DNA of 64,000 nt. Origin: Spirochaetia bacterium. Lineage in GTDB: Bacteria; Spirochaetota; Spirochaetia; UBA9216. A model generated the notes under the pieces. That model was not told the DNA's origin and did not search any database. It was given only the letters and a program-made list of their open reading frames with translations. A program made the position numbers and the translations under genes. The stretch spans positions 96,001 through 160,000 of the forward strand of contig OZ223264.1 of the NCBI GenBank assembly GCA_965140585.1, written 5' to 3'. Of this stretch, positions 1 through 9,563 are shown piece by piece (the first letter of the stretch is position 1; every line of letters begins with the position of its first letter).

Positions 1-1
1 C

Positions 2-2830
2 GGAGCATCCTGGATAAAATGGGCCAACTCAGGAGCCGACGATATAAATCTTATTGTTGATAAATCACTGTACAGTGTAGGCGAGACAGCGCGAATCCTT
101 GTACAGTCTCCACTCCCTGACGGAAAGTATCTGATGACTGTCGAGCGTGAGGGAATATTCGAAGAAAAAATTATAAGTTTTGAAGGTTCAACCGGTGTTA
201 TTGAGCTTCCGATAACTGAAGATCATGTGCCGGTAATCTATGTTGCCCTCTGCTCTCAGCAGGAAAGAACCTCAACTGCTGAATCCTACTTTGATCCGGA
301 TTTGGGAAAACCCAAGGGTTATTTCGGAATTACTGCAGTTAATGTTTCCACAGCTACCAGAGAACTTGATATTGAGGTTATTCCCGATAAAAAGATTCAC
401 CGGCCGGGTGAAAAGATGGATGTGGTTCTGAGGGTCACAAAGGACGGAGAGCCTGTCGCCGATTCGGAGATGATTTTTCTGGCCGTGGACCGGGGCGTTC
501 TTGATCTGATCAACTACCATGTGCCTAATCCTCTGACCCATTTTTATGATCCTGATAATTTCAGGTTTGCAGTAGCGGGCGATGATTCACGCAGACTGCT
601 GCTTGATCCTGTAACCTACGATGTTTCGGAACTGCAAGGCGGAGACGGGGATAAACTGAACCGTCGTGAGGATTTTGTCCCGCTTGCTGTCTTTGAACCC
701 TTTCTGAAGACCGACTCAAATGGTGAGGCCCGTGTCAGTTTTGAGCTTCCGGATACGCTTACGACCTACAGGGCAACTGCCATCGCCCTTGAAAATGCAG
801 ATATCGGCTTCTCGGAATCGGAATTTCTGGTACAGAATCCGATAAATGTCAGAACCGCCCTGCCGCGGAAACTCCGGTACCGGGATACTACGATAGGCGG
901 CCTGATTCTTCAGAATCTTGATTCCGAGGCTCATAAAATGACAGTTTCCATTAAGGCCGACGGAATTTCAGTTGGTGATGCTAAGGAAAAGAAAGTGACC
1001 GTTCCGGCAGAGTCCTCTTACGAACTGACCTGGCTTTTGATGGCTGAACAGACTGGAACTGCTGAACTTGTGTTTACTGTAAACTCCGAGGTCCTCAACG
1101 AAGAACTTGTGCAGAAGCTGGAGATAGAAACTCCTCTGGTGAAAGAGGCGTTTACAACAATCGGAAGCACCGACAGCTTCTTTGAGGAAGCTCTGGTTCT
1201 TCCTTCCGCAGTACAGCAGGATTTCGGGGGACTTTCCTTCCAGCTCGATTCAACCCGGATGCCGCTAATACGCGAACCTCTTGGTCTGCTTGCCGACTAC
1301 AGGCTGTCAGGAACCTCCTTCCTTCTTCCATATGGATACAGGGCTCTTCCCGGGCTGCTTTTCGGAAATGCTGTGACTAAACTGCTCCCTGAATCAGCAA
1401 TAGATCCTGAGGGGCGTTCAAAAGCGTATTTTACACGTGTTGCCAATTACCAGTGGTCGGACGGCGGAATACGGATGACCTCCGGCGGAATCTCAAGTTC
1501 TCCGAGAGCTTCTGTTCAGGCGGCAGGACTGCTTAACCTAGCAAAGACAAAGGGCTATACTTCTGTTATTCCTGAAAGTCTGGATCAGGGCAAATTATAT
1601 AAATACCTTTCCGAGCTGGCAAAAAATGAGAAGATACCGCTATATTTCAGAACACGGGCAGCTGCAGAGCTTGCTGAAGCCGGCCGTCCTGTTCCTGATT
1701 CTGTAAGGGCCCTTGAAGGCTACGGAGACAGCCTCGGTCTTTCAGGCTACAGCTACCTGGCAATTGCCGAACTTGCACAGGGCAGCAAGACAAAGGCTGA
1801 AGAACTCTGGGGAAGGATGAAGAACTTTCTTGCAATAAGCACCCAAAGCATTGATCTTGAAGAAACCTATGAGGCTGCCGGATATTTTGATTCGGAGATA
1901 GAACAGCTGTCTCTTATACTCAAGGTTGCGGTGCTGATGGAAGAGTCAGATGATATGATTAGCCGCCTTTCTGAAAGTATCGGAAGAAGGATTCAGGCAG
2001 CACGATGGTTAAGCTACCCTGACTGCGAAGCTGCAGCATCAACCTTCGGTACAGCCTATAAGGATGAGAGCGGTGAAGATACCGATTTTACCGCTTCAGT
2101 TAAAATCTCAGAAACAGCTGTTGCTTCTGAATCCTTCGAAGGAATTTCTGAAAATCCCTTTGTTAAAGAACTCTCCTTAAATGGTCCCGAACTTGGAGTT
2201 CTGGAAAAAAATAAACCCTATGTTATGCGATTTGAGAAGGAAGGAAGGGGTAAGCTTTATTACACTTCAACGATAGAGTATGCTCTGCCCTCAGAAATTG
2301 TACAGCCGCGGGATGAAGGTCTGTCCGTGTACACGGTTATTGAAACCCTGGATGGTGAAGAAGTCTCTGCAGACAGCATAGTGCTTGGTGAAACTTACCG
2401 GTGCAGAGCCTTCATCAGCTCTGATCGTGACCGCAGCTTTCTTACTCTGTCAGTTCCTGTTCCATCGGGAGCGGATATAATTGATTCAACCTTTGTGACA
2501 AGCTCAAGCTATACTGCTGAAGGCGGTGTTAATTCAGAAGAATGGACCAGGGAAACTGTATACGGTGATCAGCAGAGTTTTATCGCAGAAGGCACAATCA
2601 ACTTTGAATACGGCGGATGGTGGATGCACTATTACCGCCCTGAGATGCTTGTCTATGATAATGAAATGATTTATCAGTGGGAATATTTCTATAAAGGAGA
2701 ACGACGGGTTTCGTTTCTGTTCAAGGCCACTACACCGGGGCTTTACCCTGTACCTCCTGCTCAGGCTTCTCTGATGCTTGAGCAGGAGGTTTTCGGACGA
2801 ACCGGCGGCGGTCTGTTTATTATACAGTAA
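2..2830 (+). CDS. Bacterial alpha-2-macroglobulin family protein (5'-partial)
   Basis: The frame is open from nt 2 (GASWIKW...VDKSLYSVGETARILVQSP), so the gene begins before the window. A2M motifs present: LAVDRGVL, RREDF...FEP.LKTD..GEA.VSF.LPDTLTTYRATA, and C-terminal ATTPGLYPVPPAQASLM. Lies directly upstream of PBP1C. Confidence 0.92.
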   Translation, partial: GASWIKWANSGADDINLIVDKSLYSVGETARILVQSPLPDGKYLMTVEREGIFEEKIISFEGSTGVIELPITEDHVPVIYVALCSQQERTSTAESYFDPDLGKPKGYFGITAVNVSTATRELDIEVIPDKKIHRPGEKMDVVLRVTKDGEPVADSEMIFLAVDRGVLDLINYHVPNPLTHFYDPDNFRFAVAGDDSRRLLLDPVTYDVSELQGGDGDKLNRREDFVPLAVFEPFLKTDSNGEARVSFELPDTLTTYRATAIALENADIGFSESEFLVQNPINVRTALPRKLRYRDTTIGGLILQNLDSEAHKMTVSIKADGISVGDAKEKKVTVPAESSYELTWLLMAEQTGTAELVFTVNSEVLNEELVQKLEIETPLVKEAFTTIGSTDSFFEEALVLPSAVQQDFGGLSFQLDSTRMPLIREPLGLLADYRLSGTSFLLPYGYRALPGLLFGNAVTKLLPESAIDPEGRSKAYFTRVANYQWSDGGIRMTSGGISSSPRASVQAAGLLNLAKTKGYTSVIPESLDQGKLYKYLSELAKNEKIPLYFRTRAAAELAEAGRPVPDSVRALEGYGDSLGLSGYSYLAIAELAQGSKTKAEELWGRMKNFLAISTQSIDLEETYEAAGYFDSEIEQLSLILKVAVLMEESDDMISRLSESIGRRIQAARWLSYPDCEAAASTFGTAYKDESGEDTDFTASVKISETAVASESFEGISENPFVKELSLNGPELGVLEKNKPYVMRFEKEGRGKLYYTSTIEYALPSEIVQPRDEGLSVYTVIETLDGEEVSADSIVLGETYRCRAFISSDRDRSFLTLSVPVPSGADIIDSTFVTSSSYTAEGGVNSEEWTRETVYGDQQSFIAEGTINFEYGGWWMHYYRPEMLVYDNEMIYQWEYFYKGERRVSFLFKATTPGLYPVPPAQASLMLEQEVFGRTGGGLFIIQ

Positions 2831-2836
2831 GTCTCT

Positions 2837-5089
2837 ATGGTAAAAAAACGCATCATTGTTTTTCCTGCAGCAGCCCTCCTCCTGTTTCTAACCGGATGGC
2901 TGCTGCTCAAGTTTACTCCATATCCGCAGTGGGATTCGTTTTCACAAAGACCCTACAGTCCGGTGCTGACTGATGTTCAGGGTGCTGAGCTGCGGGTGAT
3001 TCCGCTTGATAATGGTCTTCGACGAATCTACAAACCGCTTGAAGATTATCCTGACTACCTTGTCGATATCTTTATTGCTGCTGAAGATCACCGCTTTTTT
3101 TATCATCCCGGAGTAGATGTTATGGCGATACTGCGTGCAGCAAAACAGAATGCTGATGCCGGACGTATTGTCTCGGGAGCCTCAACAATTCCGATGCAGC
3201 TTGCCGGAATGGCGGAGGCCGAAGCCGGGGATGTAAATCTTCACAGTAAACTTACAGAAGCCTACGGTGCACTGAGGCTGGAGGCGCGATATTCAAAGCA
3301 GGAACTTCTTGAAATATGGCTGGCATCGCTTCCATTCGGACATAATGTCGAAGGAGCAGCTGCTGCGGCAAGACATTACTTTGGTACGGAAGTTAAAAAT
3401 CTTTCACCAGAGCAGGCGCTTCTGCTTGCTGTAATTCCCCGCCGTCCGGAGCTCTACAGCCCCTCCGCCCATCCGGATGAAGCTGTTAAGGCTGCATTGG
3501 CACTTAGTCTGCAGCTGCCATACGAAATATCTGAAGACCGGCTTCGGTCGGCTGCTGTAGGTGCTGCTGATTCCGAAGCCTGCTGGCCGAATGAGGCTCC
3601 CCATTTTGTTAACTGGGTGCAGTCTCAATTAACTCCGGATTTTTATATGCCCGGGCTTCCGGTACGGACTACGCTGAACCTTGAAACCCAGCATATTCTC
3701 CAGTCGGCGCTTAACGCCAGGGTGGAAACTGCCGGGCATTTCCGTATAAGTAACGGTGCCGGCCTGATAGTTGATGCCCATAGCGGAGGCGTTCTTGCCT
3801 GGGTTGGATCTACTGATTTTTACAACGACAGTCTATCCGGCCAGATTGACGGAGTCCGGATTCAAAGGCAGCCGGGCTCAACACTGAAACCCTTTCTATA
3901 TTCGCTGGCTCTCGAATCAGGTTTCACGGCGGCTTCTGTACTGCCTGATATCCCTATGACCTTCGGTAGTGAAGAGGTCTACATACCCCAGAACTACAAC
4001 CAGAGGTTCAACGGTCCTGTGAGACTGCGGACAGCGCTTTCATCATCTCTGAATATACCGGCGGTATATATTGCCGAAAAACTGGGTGTCAGTGTATTTG
4101 CAGATCTTCTGATTAGGCTGGGCTTTGAATCACTGAAGTCTCAGCGGAACAGTCTGGGTGTGGGGATAGCCCTGGGGAATGCAGAGGTTTCTCTTTTTGA
4201 ACTTGTGCAGGCATACTCCGTTTTTCCCGGAAACGGAATTCCGGCAGCAGTTCACTGGCAGTCAGATTATCTGGTTTCAGGCTCCGGTTCGGTTCAGACT
4301 GAGGTTGTAGGCGGGGACAGGATTTTCAGCGCTGATACCATGTTTTTGATTCGTGATATTCTCTCGGACAATGTTTCCCGCATTCTAGCCTTCGGCCGCC
4401 GCGGTATGGGAACCGAGGGCTTTGACGCAATGCTTAAAACCGGAACCTCCAACCAGTTCAATAATATCTGGGCCGTGGGTGCAACACCTTCGGTTGTCTG
4501 CGGGATATGGATGGGTAATTTCTCCGGCGAGACAGTTATCGGCAGTCCGGGCAGCGGCCTTCCGGCAGAGGCTGTTACCGAGGTACTGGGCAGGCTTCAG
4601 AGGGGTGAAAAATTTCCGCAGCCTGCCGGTCTTCACATGGTTGAAGTTTGTCCTATTTCAGGCGGAGCAGTAACTGAAGCCTGCCCGTCTTCGATGTCTG
4701 AGTGGTTCCGTATTGGTGAAGAGCCAGAACCCTGCAGTTTCCACCGGAATGAGGGTGGTATGAGCAGTATAGTTTATCCGCCGGAATACAGCAGCTGGGC
4801 ACAGATGTACGGGATTGATTTTAAGACAGACGCCAGTGGCACAGGGCTTTCCATTACAGCTCCGGCGGATGGTTCGGTCTTCTTTTACGACAGCACCCTT
4901 CCGGCCGGCGGGCAGGCCGTGCCGGTGGAAGTTCAGGGCAGGGGTGCAGCTGTTCTTTCTGTAAATGGAAAACAGGTAACAGAGGGACAGCTTCCCCTCC
5001 GCTGGTTTCTCCCTGTGAAACCTGGAACCTACATTCTGGAGGCAGAGACCGCTGACGGGAAGGATTCTGTTGCAGTCAAAATACGCTAA
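2837..5089 (+). CDS. pbpC: Penicillin-binding protein 1C (transglycosylase/transpeptidase)
   Basis: EDHRFFYHPGVD and GASTIPMQLA glycosyltransferase motifs; QPGSTLKPF (SxxK), SLN and KTGT transpeptidase motifs; the classical partner of A2M. Confidence 0.92.
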   Translation: MVKKRIIVFPAAALLLFLTGWLLLKFTPYPQWDSFSQRPYSPVLTDVQGAELRVIPLDNGLRRIYKPLEDYPDYLVDIFIAAEDHRFFYHPGVDVMAILRAAKQNADAGRIVSGASTIPMQLAGMAEAEAGDVNLHSKLTEAYGALRLEARYSKQELLEIWLASLPFGHNVEGAAAAARHYFGTEVKNLSPEQALLLAVIPRRPELYSPSAHPDEAVKAALALSLQLPYEISEDRLRSAAVGAADSEACWPNEAPHFVNWVQSQLTPDFYMPGLPVRTTLNLETQHILQSALNARVETAGHFRISNGAGLIVDAHSGGVLAWVGSTDFYNDSLSGQIDGVRIQRQPGSTLKPFLYSLALESGFTAASVLPDIPMTFGSEEVYIPQNYNQRFNGPVRLRTALSSSLNIPAVYIAEKLGVSVFADLLIRLGFESLKSQRNSLGVGIALGNAEVSLFELVQAYSVFPGNGIPAAVHWQSDYLVSGSGSVQTEVVGGDRIFSADTMFLIRDILSDNVSRILAFGRRGMGTEGFDAMLKTGTSNQFNNIWAVGATPSVVCGIWMGNFSGETVIGSPGSGLPAEAVTEVLGRLQRGEKFPQPAGLHMVEVCPISGGAVTEACPSSMSEWFRIGEEPEPCSFHRNEGGMSSIVYPPEYSSWAQMYGIDFKTDASGTGLSITAPADGSVFFYDSTLPAGGQAVPVEVQGRGAAVLSVNGKQVTEGQLPLRWFLPVKPGTYILEAETADGKDSVAVKIR

Positions 5090-5165
5090 AAGAATTCTTT
5101 AGAGGGACGCGATAGATTGATACCAAAGTTATATAAGCCGATACCGGGACTTGCATTATCAGCTT

Positions 5166-6572
5166 TCAATACTCCTGCATAGGCTTGTCGGCTTTTGTTG
5201 CAAGCAGTCTTGCCGATATTTTTTTTGCTTCAGTAAGAAGCCCTCTGTAATCAGCGGTCAGAAGTTTTCCGTCCTCGACTACCATTCTGCCGTTAACTAT
5301 TACGCTGTGAATATTTCTACCGTCCATGCTGTAGAGTATGTCTGCAAAGAGGTTGTTTCCCGGAAACATCGAGGGAGTTTCTGTATCAATCAGGACAAGG
5401 TCGGCAGGGGCGCCAGGAACTATCTTTCCATAGTTCGGCAGTCCCAGAGCTCTTCCTCCGCTGAACAGCAGCGGCAGAACTTCACCTAAGCCTGCCTTCT
5501 CTGCATTGCCCGCCGAGCTTTTACCCATAAGAGCTGCAAGCCTTGCCGCTTCATAGAGGTTCATTGTTGAGTTGCTCGCAGCCCCGTCGGTTCCCAGTGC
5601 AACTGCTGCTCCCGCCTCAAGAGTCCTGGGCAGGAAGTTGTGAGAATCTCCGAAACGCAGGTAGGTCTTGGGGCAGTGGGCTGATATGCAGCTGCTTTCC
5701 GCCAGTATTTTCAAATCGCTGTCGGTTGCGTAATAGGCATGGGCAAGTATGGTCGGCAGATCGTCAATGGATGCACTGCCGGCAGCCTTCCCCAATTCTG
5801 AGCTTGCAGCAGAACTGGCAGTTCTACACGGCCGAAGTATTCCCGTATCACGAAGAACCTCTATCGGCGTTTTGCCATGTGCATTAATTGAAGCCGTTAC
5901 CTGAGCCTCTTCCTCTGATACATGGATATGCAGCTTCATTTTTTCATCAGCTGCAATCCCGGCAATACGTTTCAGAAAATCATCAGGACAGAGATAGGGT
6001 GAGTGCGGTCCCATTGATATATTAATCAGCGGTGACTTGCCGCGGTAGGCGGAATTGAAAGCAATGGCTTTTTCGAGCTTGGCTTCAACCTGATCTCCCA
6101 GGCCGAAAACAGCCCAGCACAGATCGGCCCGCATTCCAAGCTTATCATATGCCTGCCAGGCCCTGTCCATTGCGAAGTAATGATCGGCAACGGTAGTAAT
6201 TCCGTTCAAGAGCATTTCGGCCCCGCCTAAAAGCGTTCCGGTGTATACGTCATCGGGAGTAAGACTCTGCTCATAGATCCAGATATGCTTGTTAAACCAG
6301 TCCGCGCTGCTGCAGTCTTCAGCGGTTCCCCTGAGCAGGGTCATAGCTGTATGAGCATGCATGTTGACCATTCCGGGGATTAGCACCATGCCGCGGCCGT
6401 CGATTATACTGTCTCCGGTATCTATTTTCGTATTGGAACCTGCTGAAAACGGATCAACCGATATGATGTTGCCATTGTCGATTTTGACGGTCATCCTTTT
6501 TGAAATGCTAAGATCAAAAAAATCCGGAATTCTTACATTCCGGATTTCAGTTACTGTATTTGAAATTTTCAT
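5166..6572 (-). CDS. Amidohydrolase, MTA/SAH (nucleoside) deaminase family
   Basis: PGMVNMHAH, GPHSPY, HIHVSE and LGTDG metal-dependent hydrolase motifs; sits at the end of a nucleoside operon. Confidence 0.85.
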   Translation of the reverse strand: MKISNTVTEIRNVRIPDFFDLSISKRMTVKIDNGNIISVDPFSAGSNTKIDTGDSIIDGRGMVLIPGMVNMHAHTAMTLLRGTAEDCSSADWFNKHIWIYEQSLTPDDVYTGTLLGGAEMLLNGITTVADHYFAMDRAWQAYDKLGMRADLCWAVFGLGDQVEAKLEKAIAFNSAYRGKSPLINISMGPHSPYLCPDDFLKRIAGIAADEKMKLHIHVSEEEAQVTASINAHGKTPIEVLRDTGILRPCRTASSAASSELGKAAGSASIDDLPTILAHAYYATDSDLKILAESSCISAHCPKTYLRFGDSHNFLPRTLEAGAAVALGTDGAASNSTMNLYEAARLAALMGKSSAGNAEKAGLGEVLPLLFSGGRALGLPNYGKIVPGAPADLVLIDTETPSMFPGNNLFADILYSMDGRNIHSVIVNGRMVVEDGKLLTADYRGLLTEAKKISARLLATKADKPMQEY

Positions 6573-6574
6573 AT

Positions 6575-7522
6575 TCAGCCTGCGAGTTTTTTATCGAGTT
6601 TCCTGACCGCATCCATCATGATGGACATGAACAGATCGTTATCTACCTTCATGGCTACCTTGCAGTTGGGGGTCTTTCCGGTTACTCCGTAGACATCGGC
6701 AACAGTCTGGCCCCTTGTCAGTTCTCCCTGTGTTTCAATATCAACAAACATGGTTTCAAATTCAACAACCTTAGGATTGATGATTGTAGCTACGGTAAGA
6801 GCATCATGAATGGGCGCGCCTTCAATTCCGAAGTAGTTCAGGTTTGCCTGGGCAAAAAACTTCATAAGCGGGCCGACTACTGATGAAATCTTTCCGCCCC
6901 AGCTGCTTATCTCTTCTGTCTGGGCAAAACTCATCAGTGACTTGTTTGTTACATCAAGTCCGACCATGGTGACCGGCAGGCCGGAAAGGAATACTTCGCG
7001 GGCGGCTTCAGGATCAACAAAGATGTTGAACTCGGCACCGGGCGTCATGTTGCTGTCGTATACTGCGCCGCCCATAAGGACAACTTCCTTTACGTTCTTT
7101 TTAATTTCCGGAGCCTTGATGAAGGCCAGTCCTATGTTAGTAAGCGGCCCGGTCGGAACCAGCGTGACCTTCTCTGCCGATGCCTTTACGGTGTCGACTA
7201 TGAAATCAACAGCATGGCAGTCAAGAAAGGGCGCATCGGGGTTTGGAAGTTCAGCACCGTCAAGTCCGGATGTTCCGTGAATCTGCGGCGCCGTGATAAG
7301 TTCTCTGATTATCGGCCGGTCTGCTCCGCGTGCAAGAGGGATGTCATGCCGATCTATCAGAGTAAGAACCCTTCTGGCATTTTCAAAAGTTTTTTCTCCT
7401 GTCTGGTTTCCAGCTACTGTGGTTATTCCCAGGATTTCAAGTTCCGGGCTGGCTGCGGCAAGCATTATTGCCATCATGTCATCATGCCCGGGATCACAGT
7501 CAAGTATGATTTTTGTGCTCAT
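6575..7522 (-). CDS. Nucleoside hydrolase (IU-NH/Rih family)
   Basis: DCDPGHDD, TGPLTNI, AEFNIFVDPEAA and HDA motifs. Confidence 0.95.
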   Translation of the reverse strand: MSTKIILDCDPGHDDMMAIMLAAASPELEILGITTVAGNQTGEKTFENARRVLTLIDRHDIPLARGADRPIIRELITAPQIHGTSGLDGAELPNPDAPFLDCHAVDFIVDTVKASAEKVTLVPTGPLTNIGLAFIKAPEIKKNVKEVVLMGGAVYDSNMTPGAEFNIFVDPEAAREVFLSGLPVTMVGLDVTNKSLMSFAQTEEISSWGGKISSVVGPLMKFFAQANLNYFGIEGAPIHDALTVATIINPKVVEFETMFVDIETQGELTRGQTVADVYGVTGKTPNCKVAMKVDNDLFMSIMMDAVRKLDKKLAG

Positions 7523-8502
7523 CAGTTTGCTCCTTCAGGCGTTTGTCCGGTGTTCGTGCCGGGCTTTTCTTTTACTTCTTCGGCTGCCGCTTCTTTTTTC
7601 TTTTTTATTGCACGTCCAGAGAAAACGGCGAGAGCTACAACTGTTATCAGGTATGGAATCAGCTGTATTAGTTCTGAGGGGATGTTCAGCGATGCAATGT
7701 AGATTGCAACAGCAGATACAAGGGCAAAAAACAGTGAGGAAATCATTGTTCCGACAGGCATCATTCCTCCGAGTGTTGCCGCTGCAATTGCTATAAATCC
7801 GCGTCCTGCTGTCATGTCGCGACTGAACCATGAGACATAACCCATTGAAAGATAGAGTCCTCCGAAGGCGGCGAACATTCCCGAAAGCATTAAAGCGTAG
7901 GTTTTTGTTCTGTTGACGTTAATTCCTACCGATTCGGCGGCATTCGGATTCTGGCCTACAGCCCGTATCCGCAGTCCCAGAGGAGTTTTGAACATAAGAA
8001 TGTAGAACAGAAAGACCGAAATAAGCGCCAGGTAGGTGAGTATATTGTGTCCGCTGATTATTTCTCCCAGAACAGGAATTTTGTTTATCAGCGGAATTTC
8101 TACATTCGGAAAAACAAGGCTTTTTAGGGATGAAGTTGAACCTTTATCACCTGTGAACATATAAAGTAGGAAGATTGTAATTCCAGATGCGAACATATTG
8201 AGTGCTACTGCGGAAAGAAAAATATCAGCCTTTAGCTTCAGGTGAAAATATGCAAGAATCAGGCACAGAAGTACACCTGCGGCAATTCCTGCCAAAAGGG
8301 CAAGCCAGAGGCTTCCTGTGAATGCACCTACTATTACCCCGAAGAAGGCCGCTATTAGCATGGCTCCTTCCATGGCGATGTTTTGTGAACCGGCCATTGT
8401 GCTGACAGCAATTCCCAAAGCCGGAAAAAGAAGCGGGGTCATGACCCGCAGGATTGCAAAGCCGAAGTTTACCGAGAAAAAGCTTTTCAGAAGTTCATTC
8501 AT
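7522..8502 (-). CDS. Nucleoside ABC transporter permease
   Basis: Multi-TM; GLRIRAVGQNPNAAESVGINV and MTAGRGFIAIAA motifs. Confidence 0.9.
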   Translation of the reverse strand: MNELLKSFFSVNFGFAILRVMTPLLFPALGIAVSTMAGSQNIAMEGAMLIAAFFGVIVGAFTGSLWLALLAGIAAGVLLCLILAYFHLKLKADIFLSAVALNMFASGITIFLLYMFTGDKGSTSSLKSLVFPNVEIPLINKIPVLGEIISGHNILTYLALISVFLFYILMFKTPLGLRIRAVGQNPNAAESVGINVNRTKTYALMLSGMFAAFGGLYLSMGYVSWFSRDMTAGRGFIAIAAATLGGMMPVGTMISSLFFALVSAVAIYIASLNIPSELIQLIPYLITVVALAVFSGRAIKKKKEAAAEEVKEKPGTNTGQTPEGAN

Positions 8503-9563
8503 TTTGCAGCCTCCTCGCGTTCAGCCTGACGTCTTGTAATTCGGTACTTCCACTGTCCAAGGAAGGCTTCTGCTGTGATCAGAAGTATTATCAGAGACTG
8601 GATTACGTTCACAAGCTCTGCCGGTACATCGCCCATCAGGTTCAGCACCTGTCCTCCGACGCGGAGATAGGCCAGAAGCAGTGATGAAAAAATAATCAGG
8701 ATTGGATGGCTTCGGCCGATGATGGCAACGATAATTCCGTCCCATCCGTAGCCGGGCTGGTTCTGCCACAGAAAGCGTCCGTGTATACCCATTACCTCGC
8801 TCATTCCCCCGATTCCCGAAATGAAACCGAGCAGGACCTGTGAGAGGATAATTACCTTTACAATGTTGATACCGCCGAAGCGGGCGAAGTTTTTATTGTA
8901 GCCTGTCTGCCTGAACTCGTAACCGCTTGTTGTATGATAGAGAAAGTAATAGGCGACCAGGGCGATAATCAGTGCCAGAATAATGCCGAAGTGCATTCTT
9001 GTTCCCGGCAGAAACTGTGCAAAAAGTGCTGTTTCCGGAAGCCTCAGTGATACCAGGAACCCTGCATCCTTGTCCCGGAAGTGAGAGTTGATCAGATATA
9101 GACTGAAGTAAAATGCGACGTAGTTCATCATAAGCGATGATACAAGTTCGCTGGCGTTCCATTTGGCCTTCAGGATACCCGGAATCAGGCTCCATACAGC
9201 ACCCGTTACACCGGCTACTATTAGAACCAGAGGTATGTGAAGAACTGCGGGCATGCTGGTTGAAACAGCAAAGGCTGTTCCGACTGCCGCTGCAATTATA
9301 AATGAACCTTCGGCGCCCAAGTTGAACTGGTCGGCCTGAAATGATACTGCAATGGCAACACCGCAGAATATCATCGGTGCGGCCATTTCAAATATATTGA
9401 AAAGTCTTCCCTTGGAAGCTATCGGTCCGGTAAAGAAGTACTTCAGCGACTCTCCGGGATATTCACTTATCAGGTAGATCATCAGTATTGTTACAACCAC
9501 ACCGATGATAAGGGCGATCATTACGCGGATAAGCGTAAAATATTTAAGAATCCATTTTTCCAC
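8499..9563 (-). CDS. Nucleoside ABC transporter permease
   Basis: Multi-TM; FNLGAEG and GYGWDGIIVA motifs. Confidence 0.9.
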   Translation of the reverse strand: MEKWILKYFTLIRVMIALIIGVVVTILMIYLISEYPGESLKYFFTGPIASKGRLFNIFEMAAPMIFCGVAIAVSFQADQFNLGAEGSFIIAAAVGTAFAVSTSMPAVLHIPLVLIVAGVTGAVWSLIPGILKAKWNASELVSSLMMNYVAFYFSLYLINSHFRDKDAGFLVSLRLPETALFAQFLPGTRMHFGIILALIIALVAYYFLYHTTSGYEFRQTGYNKNFARFGGINIVKVIILSQVLLGFISGIGGMSEVMGIHGRFLWQNQPGYGWDGIIVAIIGRSHPILIIFSSLLLAYLRVGGQVLNLMGDVPAELVNVIQSLIILLITAEAFLGQWKYRITRRQAEREEAAK

